From the NCBI GenBank assembly GCA_965113315.1, contig OZ220367.1: a stretch of DNA of 64,000 nucleotides; one strand, given 5' to 3'. Shown here piece by piece: positions 33,711 through 46,746 of the stretch; within the stretch, counting starts at the first letter, position 1, and each line of letters begins with the position of its first letter. Source of the DNA: Podarcis vaucheri. Taxonomy: Eukaryota. A model generated the notes under the pieces. That model searched no databases. It was not told the DNA's origin and worked only from the letters and a program-made list of their open reading frames with translations. Position numbers and translations under genes: made by a program.

Positions 33711-34014
33711 TAGTGGTGCCCCGCAAGACGAATGCCTCGCAAGACGGAAAACTCCCTAGATGAAAGAGTTTTCCGTTTTGGAAGTGCTTCGCAAAACGAA
33801 TCTCCTATGGGCTTGCTTCGCAAGACGAAAATGTCTTGCGAGTTCCTGCGGGTGTTCCCCCCCCTTTTTCTAAGCCGCTTATCAGCTGATCCGATAAGCC
33901 GCTAAAAGCCGCTAATAGCGCTAATCCGTCAATGGGCTTGCTTCGCAAGACAAAAAAACCGCTAGACGAAGAGAATCACAGAACGGATTCTTTTCGTCTT
34001 GCGAGGCACCACTG
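33711..34014. mobile_element. Tigger-like MITE, family B
   Basis: TIRs (T)AGTGGTGCCCCGCAAG / CTTGCGAGGCACCACTG, TA TSD. Confidence 0.9.
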
Positions 34015-34033
34015 TACTTACTAAATTTGTCAA

Positions 34034-34386
34034 GGGATGCGGGTGGCGCTGTGGGTTAAACCACAGAGCCTAGGGTTTGCCGATCGGAAGGTCGGCGGTT
34101 CGAATCCCTGTGACGGGGTGAGCTCCCGTTGCTCGATCCCTGCTCCTGCAAGCCTAGCAGTTCTAAAGCACATCAAAGTGCAAGTAGATAAATAGGTACT
34201 TCTCCGGCGGGAAGGTAAACGGCATTTCCGTGCGTTGCTCTGGTTTGCCAGAAGTGGCTTAGTTATGCTGGCCACATGACCCGGAAGCTGTACAGCGGCT
34301 TCCTCGGCCAATAAAGCGAGATTAGTGCCGCAACCCCAGAGTCGGTCACAACTGGACCTAATGGTCAGGGGTCCCTTTACCTTTAC
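34034..34386 (+). mobile_element. Full-length Sauria SINE
   Basis: GGGATGCGGGTGGCGCTGTGG head, GGTTCGAATCC B-box, (ACCTTT)n tail; 14-bp TSD CTTACTAAATTTGT (34017-34030, 34387-34400). Confidence 0.92.
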
Positions 34387-36683
34387 CTTACTAAATTTGT
34401 ATAGCGCCCTTCACCCAAAGATCCTAGTTGCTGCTCCAGCGCTATAAGATCCCAGCAATCTGCCAACAGGGTGAGTGGGATGGACCAGGATAGAAGGTGA
34501 CTAGTGATGTGATAAGATAGGATAAGATAAGATACAGCACCTAGCACAGCATGTTACAATTGCTACAACAGGCAGAAAAATCATTAAGTGTCAAGACCCT
34601 TGGCAATTTCCAAGTGGTCCATGGGGGGAAAAGTTTGGGAATCCCTGGTCTAAAGGAACTAGATAGATATTGGGGTCACCTAAAGTAGTGTGTCATTTCA
34701 GGACAACTTATTCCTCTTTCACACTGCTGATCCTTATGAGCAATATTCACTGAGGTTCATTTGGGACACTGCATCTTAATCATATTTGATTTGCTCTTTC
34801 TCAGAGTGGATTTATGGTTTTGGTATTGATAATCTTTAAATAACCTTTCCTCTGAAGGTGGCATGACAGCTGGTTAAACAGAGTGGCCCGGGCCAATTCA
34901 AAAGTTTTATAGAATCATAGAATATTAGACTTGGAAGGGGCCCCAAGCGATAAACTCACTTGGCATATAAAACTTGGCAGGAACTCATACAAAGTTGCTT
35001 AAAGCAATATATTTGAGCGTGTGCCATAGGTAGAAAGCTTATGATCTTGATGAGGCTTATTACCGAGTAAGCTACCAGACATGGAATACTGTGTACTGTT
35101 CTGGCTCCTACAAGCAAAAAAGAGAGGATATTTTAGAGCTGAAGAAGGTGCAAAAATGGGAAACAAATTGATCAGCAGGTTGGAAGAACTGCCCTACAAG
35201 GAAATGTTCGGATTTGGGTTCTTTTAATTCAGAAGGGAAATGAACAATATGATACATGGTAGAGGTTTATAATTATCATGTGCGGCATTTGACAAAGCTT
35301 TACATTAAATTAATTTAGATAGGCCTTGAACTAGCCTATGCTCATTGTGTTAAGACAGATAAAATTGTAGATGTTTGCTGTCCCAAAAGACACCCCCTGC
35401 AGTATGAAAATACAATGATAAGAGAAAACAAAACATTATGACCCCGTTTAAAGGCATACAGAAGCTGAGTTGGACTTCTCTTCTGCCTCCTGGTAGGGTT
35501 ATCCTGTTCAGTAGAATAAATATTAGTCTTCTCTCTTTCTAAGGCCATAGCAGACCCCATTAGAATAAGAGGAGAAATTCCACATTCATTCTCAGCCTGG
35601 AATGAGGGGCAGGTGGCAGGTGGCAGGTGGAGAAGAAACCTTAGGAATAAACTTCTTGTAAACTGACGACATAAGCACATTAGGTACTTAGAGACAGCAA
35701 AAACATATTCAGGCAGAAAGTATATGGTCCATTAGTCTGCAAATATTTTCTTCTTTTCACAGATGATGCCACAGTGTTGACATAAGAGCAGATTGTCTTT
35801 TCTGGGACACCCACTTAAACCAATTAACTTACTAGGAATTGTTTGAGCATCAGTGAAAGCAGAACTCAGAGCAGTTTCAGCTCTCATCTCAGAAAAGGAA
35901 CAATTTTAAATACAGTAAAGTATATGGCTGTGGTGGTTGTGGAATGGAAGCCACAAACTCAATCCCTAGTTATTAGTCCTGCATGTGAAGTAGCTTCTAC
36001 CTTTAAGGTAAACCATGTGTCTAATAAATCTGTGGCTTTTACCTGAAACACTGATGATAGATCCCATTCCAGCATGCATAATACTGTTTCTGGAATCAGG
36101 CTTTGGTGTTAGTTGAAGAGTCATTCTGGCTTTTGAGGTTGATATGACTTGAGTTTGAGATTATGTATGGTCTTTCTAGTGATGGAGATCATTCGTTTAT
36201 TAAGCCCAGGTGACTATATTTAGGTCTGATCTTACAGGTCTCAGGAATTCATGGCTTATACTACTACAGTATCAGCTCTGGGATACACAGCTAAGCCTCA
36301 GTAGGCTGATTTAAACTTTGATTTGTGGTGCTCAGAATCAGCTGAGTGTGATCTGTTATTCCCAGTCTTCATCACGGCACATTTCTACAACACATAAAAG
36401 CTTTACAAAATACTGCCAAAGCATACTCCCATGTCTGAGAGCAGCATACAGTCACACCTTGTCATCATTTCTCAGCATTTGAAACCATACTGGAAGTTGC
36501 TTAGCTTTGCAAATGTGCTCAAAGTTTTAGTGCGGCACCACTAGGATGCTTGTGGAAGCCTAACCTTAACCCTTAGGTGAAGCCATACTGGATAACAATG
36601 TTTGGGCCTTGTGTCAATTTGCCTGCATGTGTTATGACTGCAGTGAAAGTTCTCCAGCTGATTCAGGAATCTCTCTTTTTCAG

Positions 36684-37670
36684 GTGTTGGGAGTGGGATG
36701 GTATACCTGCCTGCTGTGGTCATGGTAGGCGAATACTTTGAGAAGAGAAGAGCACTTGCCCAGGGACTCAGCACAACTGGGACGGGGTTCGGTGCTTTCC
36801 TGATGACAGTTCTGCTGAAATACCTTTGCATGGAGTTTGGCTGGAGGAACGCAATGTTCATCCAGGGCGCGGTCTGTCTGAACCTGTGTGTTTGTGGAGC
36901 GCTCATGAGACCAGTTTATTACAAAGAGGAAGCCGCTGAAAAAAGCGGAGAGGGAAACGTCAGCAAGAGCCACACAAAAGCTCTCTCTTGCTCTGCAGAA
37001 ACACTGGCATCTAATGGCATCTTACAGGAAGAGGCAAAAGAAGGGCAAGGTAAGGAGGAAAAGTCTGACATTTTTTCAGACTTGGAAAGCAAAGATGTAA
37101 CCAGACACTGGAAGAATATCTATGCTCTTTGCGTGCTGAAGAGGGCGAGTCAGCTGACCCTTACAATCCAGAAAGGCTTTCGGACCTGGTATTCTAGTTA
37201 CTTCGGCGCTGCATCCCTCTTCACCAACAGAAAGTTTGCAGCCTTTGTGTTTTGGGCCTTATTTGCATACAGCACTTTTGTTATCCCTTTTATCCATCTT
37301 CCGGAAATAGTGAAGCAATATAGCCTATCTGCACAGAACGATGTATTCCCTTTGACCTCAATTATTGCCATTGTCCACATTCTTGGCAAGGTCATCCTTG
37401 GCATCATTTCTGATTCACCCTGCGTCAGTGCTTGGAATGTCTTCATGGCAGCCAACTTCACTCTCGTCTTCTGCATTTTCATTTTACCACTAATGCACAC
37501 ATATGCTGGGCTCGCTGTGGTCTGTGCCCTCATAGGATTTTCCAGTGGGTATTTTTCACTCATGCCTGTTGTTACTGAAGATTTAGTTGGGATTAAGCAC
37601 CTCGCAAATGCCTATGGAATCATCATTTGTGCTAATGGGATTTCAGCACTCCTGGGACCACCTTTTGCAG
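36684..37670 (+). CDS. SLC16A14: SLC16A14 coding exon 3 of 4
   Basis: GVGSGMVYLPAVVMVGEYFEKRRALAQGL (MCT YFxKRRxLAxG motif) to ..GISALLGPPFAG; 987 nt; TTTCAG acceptor, GTAAGT donor. Confidence 0.97.
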
Positions 37671-37740
37671 GTAAGTGCAAAGTTTTGTTTGTCCAACTTT
37701 ATAGTCCATGCATACTTTATAGCCCCTAGAGTTCATAGTG

Positions 37741-37970
37741 AGAGCCAGGGTGGTGTAGTAGTTAAAGAGTGTTGGACTAGGACCTGGGAGACACGAGTTA
37801 AGATCCTCACACGGCCATGAAGCTTGCTGGGCGGCCTTTGGCCAGTCACTGCCTCTCAGCCTAACCGTATCACAGGGTTGTTGTGGGCATTAAATTGGGG
37901 GGACGGAACATGTGTGCTGCCTTGAATCCCTTGGAGGAAAAGGTGGGATATAAACACAATAAATAAAATA
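37741..37970 (+). mobile_element. tRNA-derived CORE/MIR-like SINE
   Basis: GGTGTAGTAGTTAAAGAGTG head, CORE-like TCAGCCTAACC..CACAGGGTTGTTGTG, A-rich tail. Confidence 0.75.
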
Positions 37971-38529
37971 ATTAGTGAATCATTGCATGTACGATTACCA
38001 TTCATTCTCGCCCACTCCACGCCCTTCATGGGCCACATTCCTGGTCAACAAATATACCTTGGTACATTCTTGATTTTAAAGAAAGGAGTGCCCAGTGTGG
38101 TAGACGTTGTTTGACAAGATAACACAATGCTCACAGGGCAAATTTGTAGATGGAACTTCACCAACATCTGCTTTCTCACAGATGTCTAATCTCATTGGCT
38201 ACCAGCCACTACCTCTGACCCTTTGTTGGCTGACTCTACCAGACCCTCTGGCTTATAGCATACTTTTTTTCTTGGGGGAGTTTTCTGCAGATGCAGACTA
38301 GAGTAAATCAGATACCAGTTAGTGTAAGGCATAGCAACCGCAAAGCCATACAATGCATTGCAGAATGGTTTCTATGAAAGTTAAATGAAAGACAAATGGA
38401 GGTGGGGAAAGAGACTGAGCATAGAATGATACCAAGAACTATGCTATGATTAGAATAAATAATGTTCTCTGCTCTTCACTGATTTATTGATCATAGCCTA
38501 TAGATAACAGCCTTGCTCTTGTTTTCCAG

Positions 38530-38681
38530 GCTGGATTTACGACCTGACACAAAAATATGACTTTTCTTTCTACATATGTGGCTTGCTTTACATGGTGGGA
38601 ATCCTCACTTTGCTCATACAGCCTTGTATTGGAAAGATAAAGCCATCACCGGCAAAAAACAGAGAAGGTGGAAAAGTATAG
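38530..38681 (+). CDS. SLC16A14: SLC16A14 coding exon 4 of 4 (stop TAG)
   Basis: GWIYDLTQKYDFSFYICGLLYMVGILTLLIQPCIGKIKPSPAKNREGGKV*; 152 nt. Summed CDS 262+144+987+152 = 1545 nt = 514 aa. Confidence 0.96.
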
Positions 38682-39169
38682 CACAATGTACTGAAAGCTT
38701 TTTTAAACAGAACGTCATTTCATTATTTGGTTTTCCGGAAATGGTACTAAACAGTACATCTAATGGGACCAACTGGAGTGAAAGTCAACATCTTTGGACA
38801 GTAAATAAAGCTCACACTGCCACTATCAACGGACTAGTGGAAACAAGACTACAGCTGGTAGTTTTATTGGCACCTTTTTAAAAGCTGAACATCCTACTGA
38901 CATAATGGTGCAGCTTTGATCAGTAGCTGAAAATCAGTTCTCTCTTTTGTTATTCACAGAGGTTTGACACAAGCACAATTCAGCAGACTGGAATGCAGTT
39001 ACTCCTTATTTACACTAACAGGAAAAAGAGGGGGAAAATAATTAGCCCCATTAGGAATCACACATATGAGAATCATCTCTATTGGTTATTCCAACTGTTG
39101 ATAAATTAGTTGTTGAACATCAGCCAGACGCCAACCTGTGACATGTTACTACACAAATTAATGACAGTT

Positions 39170-39302
39170 TCTGGGGAACCTTTGGCCCTCTGGATGCTGT
39201 TAGACTCTACTGCCCATGAACTCCAGCCAGCTTGGCCAGTGGTCAGGGATGATGGGAGTTGTAGTTCAGCAACATTTGAAGGGCAGTATGTTCCCAACTC
39301 TT
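39170..39302. mobile_element. Decayed palindromic hAT-type MITE downstream of the SLC16A14 stop
   Basis: Shares GTGGTCAGGGATGATGGGAGTTGTAGT core with 7884-8019 and 24571-24704. Confidence 0.65.
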
Positions 39303-41168
39303 GTTTTAAGGACTCAAGCTAATGAAAATGGTGTGTTTTTTTTTATTATGGGATAAATGATTTGTGTCTGCAGACCATGGAGCAATTTATTCTATTTGCG
39401 CTAGCTTAAATAACCTTGAGATAGCAACATGGGAAAGAAGGAACAATGGCAACAAAAGTCCAAAGCTTTAAGTAGTTACTAGTGGGGAGCAGCTACATCA
39501 TGGTTCTTAGAATTAAAGGATCAGTAGTGAGGCTGAAGATTCACTGCTGCTGATTTCTTGTTTACATATTTAGCCAAAAGGTAGCTGCCAGTCGGATTGA
39601 CCTGACAGTGTCTGTAGATCCTAGTTCAACTATAGCAGTTACTATTAGTCCTAGTTGCAGAGGTACAGTGGTGCCTTTTCCTCTGCAGAGTTCAATTCCA
39701 GTTTTTCTTGCAGCAGTATTATCAGGATAACAGAATAGGTGGGAAATGATGATTGTTTATTTAATTTCACAAGAGTTGATAGGAGCAGCTCAGAATCGCC
39801 TTCCGTGGCTTTGGTTAAATTAGCACAGCCAGAGCATATGTCAGATCTCTTCCCCCCGTGTAATTGCCATGTCACATGCCTCTGCTAAACAAGCAAGGCT
39901 GGAACATACAGCCTGCTGATGTTAAGGGGCACCAATCATGGCCTCTGCAAATGCAGCACTAAGGATTGTGGCACTCTTCACCATCTCAATCTCCCTCCCT
40001 AAGCTTAAATAGCTTCTTCTGTAGTGCCCCCCTGCCATACAGCAAGCTGTCCCTGTTTGTGCATGGGAAACAGCTTCTGAAGCTCTGCAACCAAAGGACA
40101 AAGCTAGTTCCCAAAATTACTGCAAAGGCATTAAGGTCTACCATTGTCCTAGCTCTTGGAAGTCCAGTGTATGATTCTTTTCCCTGCTGCATTATGCCTC
40201 AAAAGCAGGATTGGATTGTAATAACGAAATAATTTAGATGTGGAAGTATTTCTGTCTAATTGTAAAATACAGTAAGGACTATGTTGCACATCAAAATGCA
40301 AACATGCAAAAAAAAAAATTCTAGGCACAGCAGTTTTAGTGCAAGGTATTTTTTGGGGGGTGGAGAAGTGGATGATTAATTCTTTTCAGGCTGACTGCTT
40401 TTAGAGCTGGAACTTCTTTCCCTAATATACTTTTCTAGGATTCCAGATGGTGTTTGCAGTACAGTACATGACTTTAGAGTTGCAGGGACCTGTTGCAGCA
40501 AAATGAAAAAAAGGAAAAGGGGTTAAACATCCCAAATCTCTGCTGCTTCAACACTGCAGGTTGTTCCCTTCTGAAGAGGCTTAGAAAACATTTAGCCTTT
40601 GGTGTCCTGCCTTCCACTACTGTGGAGAACCATCTCATCTCCCTGTGATTTTTGCCAAAGACAATCTCGTATGTCAGCTAGAAAGAATCTTTAGTGTTCA
40701 CTTAACTGCCTCCCAAAACACTGCAGTTTAACATTCCCTCAGAGGGTTTTGGTCTGGAAAAAAATGTTTCCAAATGCATACAGAAATCCCTGGCTGCCTT
40801 ACTGTTTGTGTAATTTACTGTACTGTTTTTAATTATATTGTGTAACCTCAAGGAGCCACTTTCTCAGGGTGAAATTTATCAAGGGTATATATTTTGTCTG
40901 AGAAGCAACTCCTTAGAATATAATACAGAATGTTCGATTATATATACAGAGACCAAAATATATACATTGTAAACCTGAATACGGCTTTTCCAAACTGTGT
41001 TTGTATGGGTTTTTGTTTTTGGTAGAGAGCACAACAAAACCTTTAAGTGCGTTACATTTAAAAAAATTATGAGAACATGGTGGGGCAGTATAGAATTGGC
41101 TGGTTCACACATTTACCCAGTTAGTGATCCCTTCCATGTGGCAGCAGAGGAAGTGCTTTTATCTAAAG

Positions 41169-42187
41169 CAGAGTTTCTCCAACTTTTTGAACTCAAGTCA
41201 CTTTTCCAGAATTTACTCTACCCTCTGCTGTTGACATCCCTGAACCAGTCTCTTGGGCTGTTCCATATGTAAACAATAGAGATCCTTGTACACATGTATA
41301 CCTTTCCCTATATAGGGATCTTGCTATATGTACTGAAAACCTGGCATTAGAAGAGCAACAGAACATCTGTTTTCCTCATAAAGTCATGCACAGCAAAACA
41401 TCAGAAGAAAGCAGGGTTCTGAACTCTTTCCAAATTGCACCTAGATGATGATACACCAGTCATCATTTTCTGCCAGGGGGCATTTACTGTATTTTTTGCC
41501 CTATAGGACGCACTTTTCCCCCTCCAAAAATGAAGGGGAAATGTGTGTGCGTCCTATGGGGCGAATGCAGGCTTTCGCTGAAGCCTGGAGAGCGAGAGGG
41601 GTCGCTTCAGGAAGCTATCCGCAAGCCTGTGGGGCCCGGCGGGAACTCCCGCGGGCTCCAAAGGCTTGCGGATAGCTGCCTGCAGCCTGAAGCACGGCAC
41701 TGTGCACCCCGGGCTTAGGGCAGCTATCCGCAGGCACTGCAGGATTACGGATAGGTGCTTGCAGTCCGGGGAACACGGCACTGCGCACCCCGGGCTTAGG
41801 GCAGCTATCCGCAAGCCTGCGGCGCCTGGCGTGAGTTCCTGCCGGGTGCTGCAGGCTTGCGGATAGCTGCCCTAAGCCCGGGGTGCGCAGCGGGCTACAG
41901 CGCCGCGCTCCCCGGGCTTCGGATAGCAGCAACCTCGCCATCGCTCCCAGACCCGTTCTGGGGGCTGGGGAAGCTCGGGCTTCCCCCGCCCCCAGCCTGG
42001 CAAGCTTGGGGGGGGGAATAATTCCCCCCCCTTTATTCCCCCCCTCAAAAGTGTGCCCTATAGGGCGAAAAATATGGTAATTCACCCATTTTTTCAGAAT
42101 TCAGCCCCTCTTTGGAACATTGCCTCCCCGCTTTACCAGGCCTTTCACGAGCCAAAGGAAGTCTGTGCTACACTCTGAGAACCACTG
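41169..42187. mobile_element. Old hAT element hosting a nested Tc1/mariner MITE
   Basis: Ends CAGAGTTTCTC / GAGAACCACTG; 6/8 TSD ATCTAAAG / ACCTAAGG. Confidence 0.55.
41487..42077. mobile_element. CpG-rich Tc1/mariner (pogo/Tigger-like) MITE
   Basis: TIRs CTGTATTTTTTGCCCTATAGG / CCTATAGGGCGAAAAATATGG, TA TSD; internal direct and inverted GCTATCCGCAAGCC repeats. Confidence 0.85.
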
Positions 42188-43085
42188 ACCTAAGGTAACG
42201 AATAGCATGGGCATTACACATGGAGATGGAATTTGCACTATTCTTCCCTTTCAAAATGAGGAAAGGGAACACAAACCACAGAGCAATCATAATGGGGGGT
42301 TGGAGGAACTGAGCAGCTAATTCTCCATTGGCTTTTGGATCCAGCCTTTTGTGGGGGGGAGTGGATCTGGCACCATAATGCCCTACTTTTGGAGCTTTCT
42401 GCTGGCTACTGCTGATGATAGCTTACTGCCTACTGGGCTGGAGGTGGGTATTCCACTGCAGCAGAGCCACCTCCATTAGGGACATTCTCCACTGGTGGGA
42501 GACTGGTGCATCCTAACCCGAGCCATCAATGTTGTGGGATATAGGACTGCACCATCAGGATACAGATATATGGGTCTCCTGCAGAACATGTTCCTTTGGA
42601 TGTGGTGAACAGGGATGATTTCTGGTACAAAAGGTTATTTCTGGCCAGGGAAGTATGTGAAGCAGCCTAATGTTTGGTGCTTTGCAATCATTTATCTTTC
42701 AACTATTTTATTAAGGGTGCTTATTTTTGTGTAAATTAAATTCTTGTTTAAATATGTAAGTGCAACGCTGGAATCTTAAGAAAATGTAGTACTGTAAAAG
42801 GAAAATAATGATAACATGTACTTCAATGACAGCTTTTGTTTTGTTGCTGGAATGCTACTGGTAATTTTATGGAGACGTCTCACAAATTTACTTATATGAA
42901 AGGCGGATGTTTATTGCTTTGAACTGTAATTCATTTTTCTATTTATTCACATTATTGTTAGTAGCATTTTACCATACTTACTAAAATGTATCTTCTGTGT
43001 CATATACATTTATATAGCACATTTATATGATAATGAAACTTTTTAGTAACTTGCAGCACAATCCTCAACCCCACAGCACTGCAAA

Positions 43086-43328
43086 AGAAGAGTTTGGATT
43101 TGATATCCCACTTTATCACTACCCAAAGGAGTCTCAAAGCGGCTAACATTCTCCTTTCCCTTCCTCCCCCACAACAAACACTCTGTGAGGTGAGTGGGGC
43201 TGAGAGACTTCAGAGAAGTGTGACTAGCCCAAGGCCACCCAGCAGCTGCATGTGGAGGAGCGGAGACGTGAACCCAGTTCACCAGATTACGAGTCCACCG
43301 CTCTTAACCACTACACCACACCGGCTCC
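43086..43328 (-). mobile_element. tRNA-derived CORE/MIR-like SINE (young squamate family)
   Basis: Minus strand GGAGCCGGTGTGGTGTAGTGGTTAAGAGC head, GGGTTCACGTC B-box-like, CTT-type tail. Confidence 0.8.
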
Positions 43329-45317
43329 CAATCATACAGTGGCACGATCACCCTACTAGGGACAACTATAGAGATAATCCAGTTTGCATTAGAAACAAGA
43401 ATGGACAAATGGTTCAACTTTAGATCAGAAGTGTGATTAAGGACTGAAGAAGGATCACGATGGTCTGTAACTCTAGCATTTTTTTAAAAAAATCTCTGAC
43501 ACCAACAGCTGAATATTAAAATGGAAGTCAGTTGCATCATTCATTAGCCACTGGTTGGAGCAGTCACAACAGTTGCTAGCAAGGTTTGTCCCTCATTTTC
43601 AGAGGGAAAAGGTGCTGGAAGTGTTGTGACTGGCCAGACTGGCTGCAGTAGTTTCAGTGGTACCAGCACAACTACTAGGCGATGGGGCGGGGGCCTGGGC
43701 TCTTAGGTGAGTGGCATTTGCCAGAGCTTGGCTTCCTGCGCTGTCACTAGGGGAGAGTTGCACCCTTTAGGCTTCAATTCCAAAAGTTTATACATACGTA
43801 CTTATGATTATACTTGAATTACATAAGAACCCTTCAGTTTACATCAAGCAATAATGAAAATCTGTGGTGTAACATTAGCAGATTAAAACACAGTTCAGAA
43901 AAAAATAATCCGTTTCAGAACAACACTAAGCACAGGAAAACATTTTCACGTTATTTATCCATTTATTTAAAAATATTGTTCATTCAAGACACATTTTGAC
44001 TGTAAGTGTTCTATAATAATACTTAATATTTTCACAGTATTTTAAAATGTACTGCAAAAAACCCTTACTGATCATTTAAGACAAGATTTAGACTCTAATA
44101 CTTAATTTTCAACTGTTTCTAAAATCAAGGAAATCAAGTCATTAAGCATACCCTAAGCAAATTATGTTTAAGGACATAAGCAAACCTGAACATTATTGAA
44201 AAAAAGTTAATTTCTCTGCCAAACTGAAGGTGAAATACTTGTAAGGCCTAAATTTTGAGTGGCACATTTTATAAAATATGGCAAAACAGAAAATGTACTA
44301 TATATCATTTTGAACTGTATCATAAACACTGGAGCAGAAGGCAGATAAAGAAAGTCACCAAACCATATTAATCTTGTTTTCAGCTCAATATTAGGATAGT
44401 CTTAAAAGTATTACAACACCAAGTAACAACATTGCATGTCCTTTGTAAACATTAGTGGTAGCTCGAAAGCTGTAGCCATGGTTGGAGCAAATAATACTTT
44501 TCTGGACTTGCAAGTGGATATTCCTGTTTTAGGATGGAAAGTGGGGGAGCAGTGTCATTGTTCCAGACCATGCAGTTCTTTATGCTTTTGTTAAAAAGTA
44601 GGTTTAACATTTGGCTATTTAAAATATAATAGCCTTCAGAAATATTTACACAGTATTCAACCCTTTTTTTAAAAAAAGTCATACTGTAGTTAATCAGGTC
44701 CCTCAAACTATGTATAGATGTTTCATATCTTACAAAATGAAAGGGAATTGTTTCTTTGTGAATTAAGTTGCAGCTACAGGAAACATCAGTTGCTTTAAGC
44801 AGCTTCCTCCTGGTAGCTGCCATTTTATTTCCCCAGAATACCCTGGATGTTGTGTCATTTCAATGCATTTTTAAAGGAAAATTGCACCCAGGCCTGGGGG
44901 TGGGGTGGGCGCCTTCATCGTTTTTGTGGAAGCTAATACTACCCTTACCACCATCAAATTCCCTGGACTATGCCTAGGTCTTTCTGGAAAAATAAATTGC
45001 AGGCTACAAAGAAGTGGCTTCCATGACCAGCCCTAAGAAAAAGCAAAATAAAGACAATGCAAAAACAGGGGAGTGATGAAAACAAATGTGCTGTAACTGA
45101 AGGAACCTCACGAAGTTTTTTACCCAATGGAAACAAATGAAATAACGAAACAAAAAAGTTGTCCTTGCACACCTTCATAATGAGTGTTCATCAAGGCAGG
45201 ACCCACATTAATTTTATACCTGCAGCTGAATTTCTTTTCCCCAGAAAACAAAGCGAGACATTTATGGAACAAATACACACATTAGAGTTGTTACCACCAG
45301 CTAGGAAAAGCGCTCCT

Positions 45318-45509
45318 TTAATCTGACAGGCTATCTGATGATTCAGTTTTCATCTGCCGTCTTCTTCTGAGTTGGAGCTGCAGTTGAATTTTGTTAGTGA
45401 AGAAGAACTGCTTCCAGCCCACCTCGTGTGCCAGGGATCTCATTTCTGAGGTAATTCTGCCCGATAAATTTTGTACAATCATTTCCCATAGTTTATCCGA
45501 GTTGCATAA
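45318..45509 (-). CDS. FBXO36: FBXO36 last coding exon (exon 4, stop TAA)
   Basis: AATAG|TTA TGC..: LCNSDKLWEMIVQNLSGRITSEMRSLAHEVGWKQFFFTNKIQLQLQLRRRRQMKTESSDSLSD*; 192 nt. Not in the ORF track. Confidence 0.93.
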   Translation of the reverse strand, partial: LCNSDKLWEMIVQNLSGRITSEMRSLAHEVGWKQFFFTNKIQLQLQLRRRRQMKTESSDSLSD

Positions 45510-46523
45510 CTATTTGCAAAAGAAACAAAAACGTATTAGCCTTAAACATTAGACAAGTGTCATTTTAAAAATACAGTTATTTGAAGGAGAACAAATATTT
45601 GAATTACTGCTGGCTGTTTGATTTACAGTAATGATGGGAGCTTTTCCAAAGAAATGAATGCCTGGATATTGCATTACCTTAACTTTCTATAGTGTTGTTA
45701 ATTACAGTATATAGTATTTCCTACTTTGGATTGAACCATCTACAGATTCTTTCAAGCTACAATGCCCTTGCATTTTAAAACACATAATTATTGCATGGGA
45801 ATATTCTGCTACTTTACTCAATGCGTTTTTTCTTTGCTTTGCTGTGCTGCCACCACAGATGGATTGAATCACCTTTGTCTATGCCTCAGTGCTAGCATTT
45901 GCCACTTCCTGACTTCAGAGTAGGCATATACAGAATTACAAAGTAAATCTCACTTTTTCATTTAACCAAATTATGGATTGGAATTGCACTTTGCAAATGA
46001 AATATGACATATTAAAATAATCTACAGAAAGAACTACTCTGCCATCATGTCCCGCACCACAAATCTGCTGTAATGCTTTCAGATTGCAGAATGAAATATA
46101 GAATCCCAGATACTTGGGGCTGCCCAATGTTTTCTTATTTAAACATGCATACATCAGGTAATTAATCTGCGGAAAGATTATATGGCTCCCAAACGATACA
46201 AGAAAACTATGCCCTTGCTTGGATTTCTCTTTTGCATTAGGCATTAGCTCCCTCTGGTGGTGTTTTGTTTAAGTCAGTCATGTGCAAGCATGTGCAGTCA
46301 TTTTAGTGAAATTGTCACATGCTGTGAAAAATAACTGAGGGAGGCAATAAATTTCTGATTATGTATTACATCTCATCTAGCAGGATAACAAAATCTTATG
46401 ACAGCTAGAGATACAATGAAGTTTGTCTTCAAGAGATGGATGTTTAAGGCACAGAGGTCTGATGCAGGAAGGGCGCAGGAACGGGTGTCTAGAAAAGGGT
46501 CAAGCATAAATATTAAGATAAAG

Positions 46524-46746
46524 TCGAAATAAATAAAAAAAATCAAAAAATTGTCCAGTAGCACCTTAGAGACCAATGAAGTTTGTTCTGGGTATAAGCT
46601 TTTGTGTGCATGTATCTGAAGAAATGTGCATGCACACAAAAGCTTATACCCAGAACAAACTTAGTTGGTCTCTAAGGTTCTACTGGACAATTTTTTAACT
46701 TTTTAATTCATTTCGACTGAGTCAGACTAACACGGCTACCTAACTG
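46524..46746. mobile_element. Penelope-like element remnant, inverted pLTR arrangement
   Basis: Arms 46545-46612 and 46629-46696 are near-perfect reverse complements; degenerate hammerhead core at 46612-46649; 13-bp flanking repeat TATTAAGATAAAG (46511-46523, 46747-46759). Confidence 0.85.

Larger units (their letters stand above)
33582..34647. mobile_element. Non-autonomous hAT (Charlie/Buster-like) element hosting two nested insertions
   Basis: TIRs CAGGGGTTCCCAAACT / AGTTTGGGAATCCCTG; 7/8 TSD GCCTAAAG / GTCTAAAG. Confidence 0.85.

Noticed and set aside
37671-37729. ORF-track C-terminus GKCKVLFVQLYSPCILYSP of SLC16A14, and similar read-throughs at 31849-31910 and 46951-47040
   Set aside because: Read-through past GT donors into introns; the true continuation is in the next exon.
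41445-42085. Repetitive ORFs (LADSCPKPGV..)
   Set aside because: Internal repeats of a non-coding MITE; no transposase motifs.
46612-46649. Second active hammerhead ribozyme
   Set aside because: Catalytic G12 of GAAA is mutated to A, stem II has a mismatch, and it is antisense to FBXO36.
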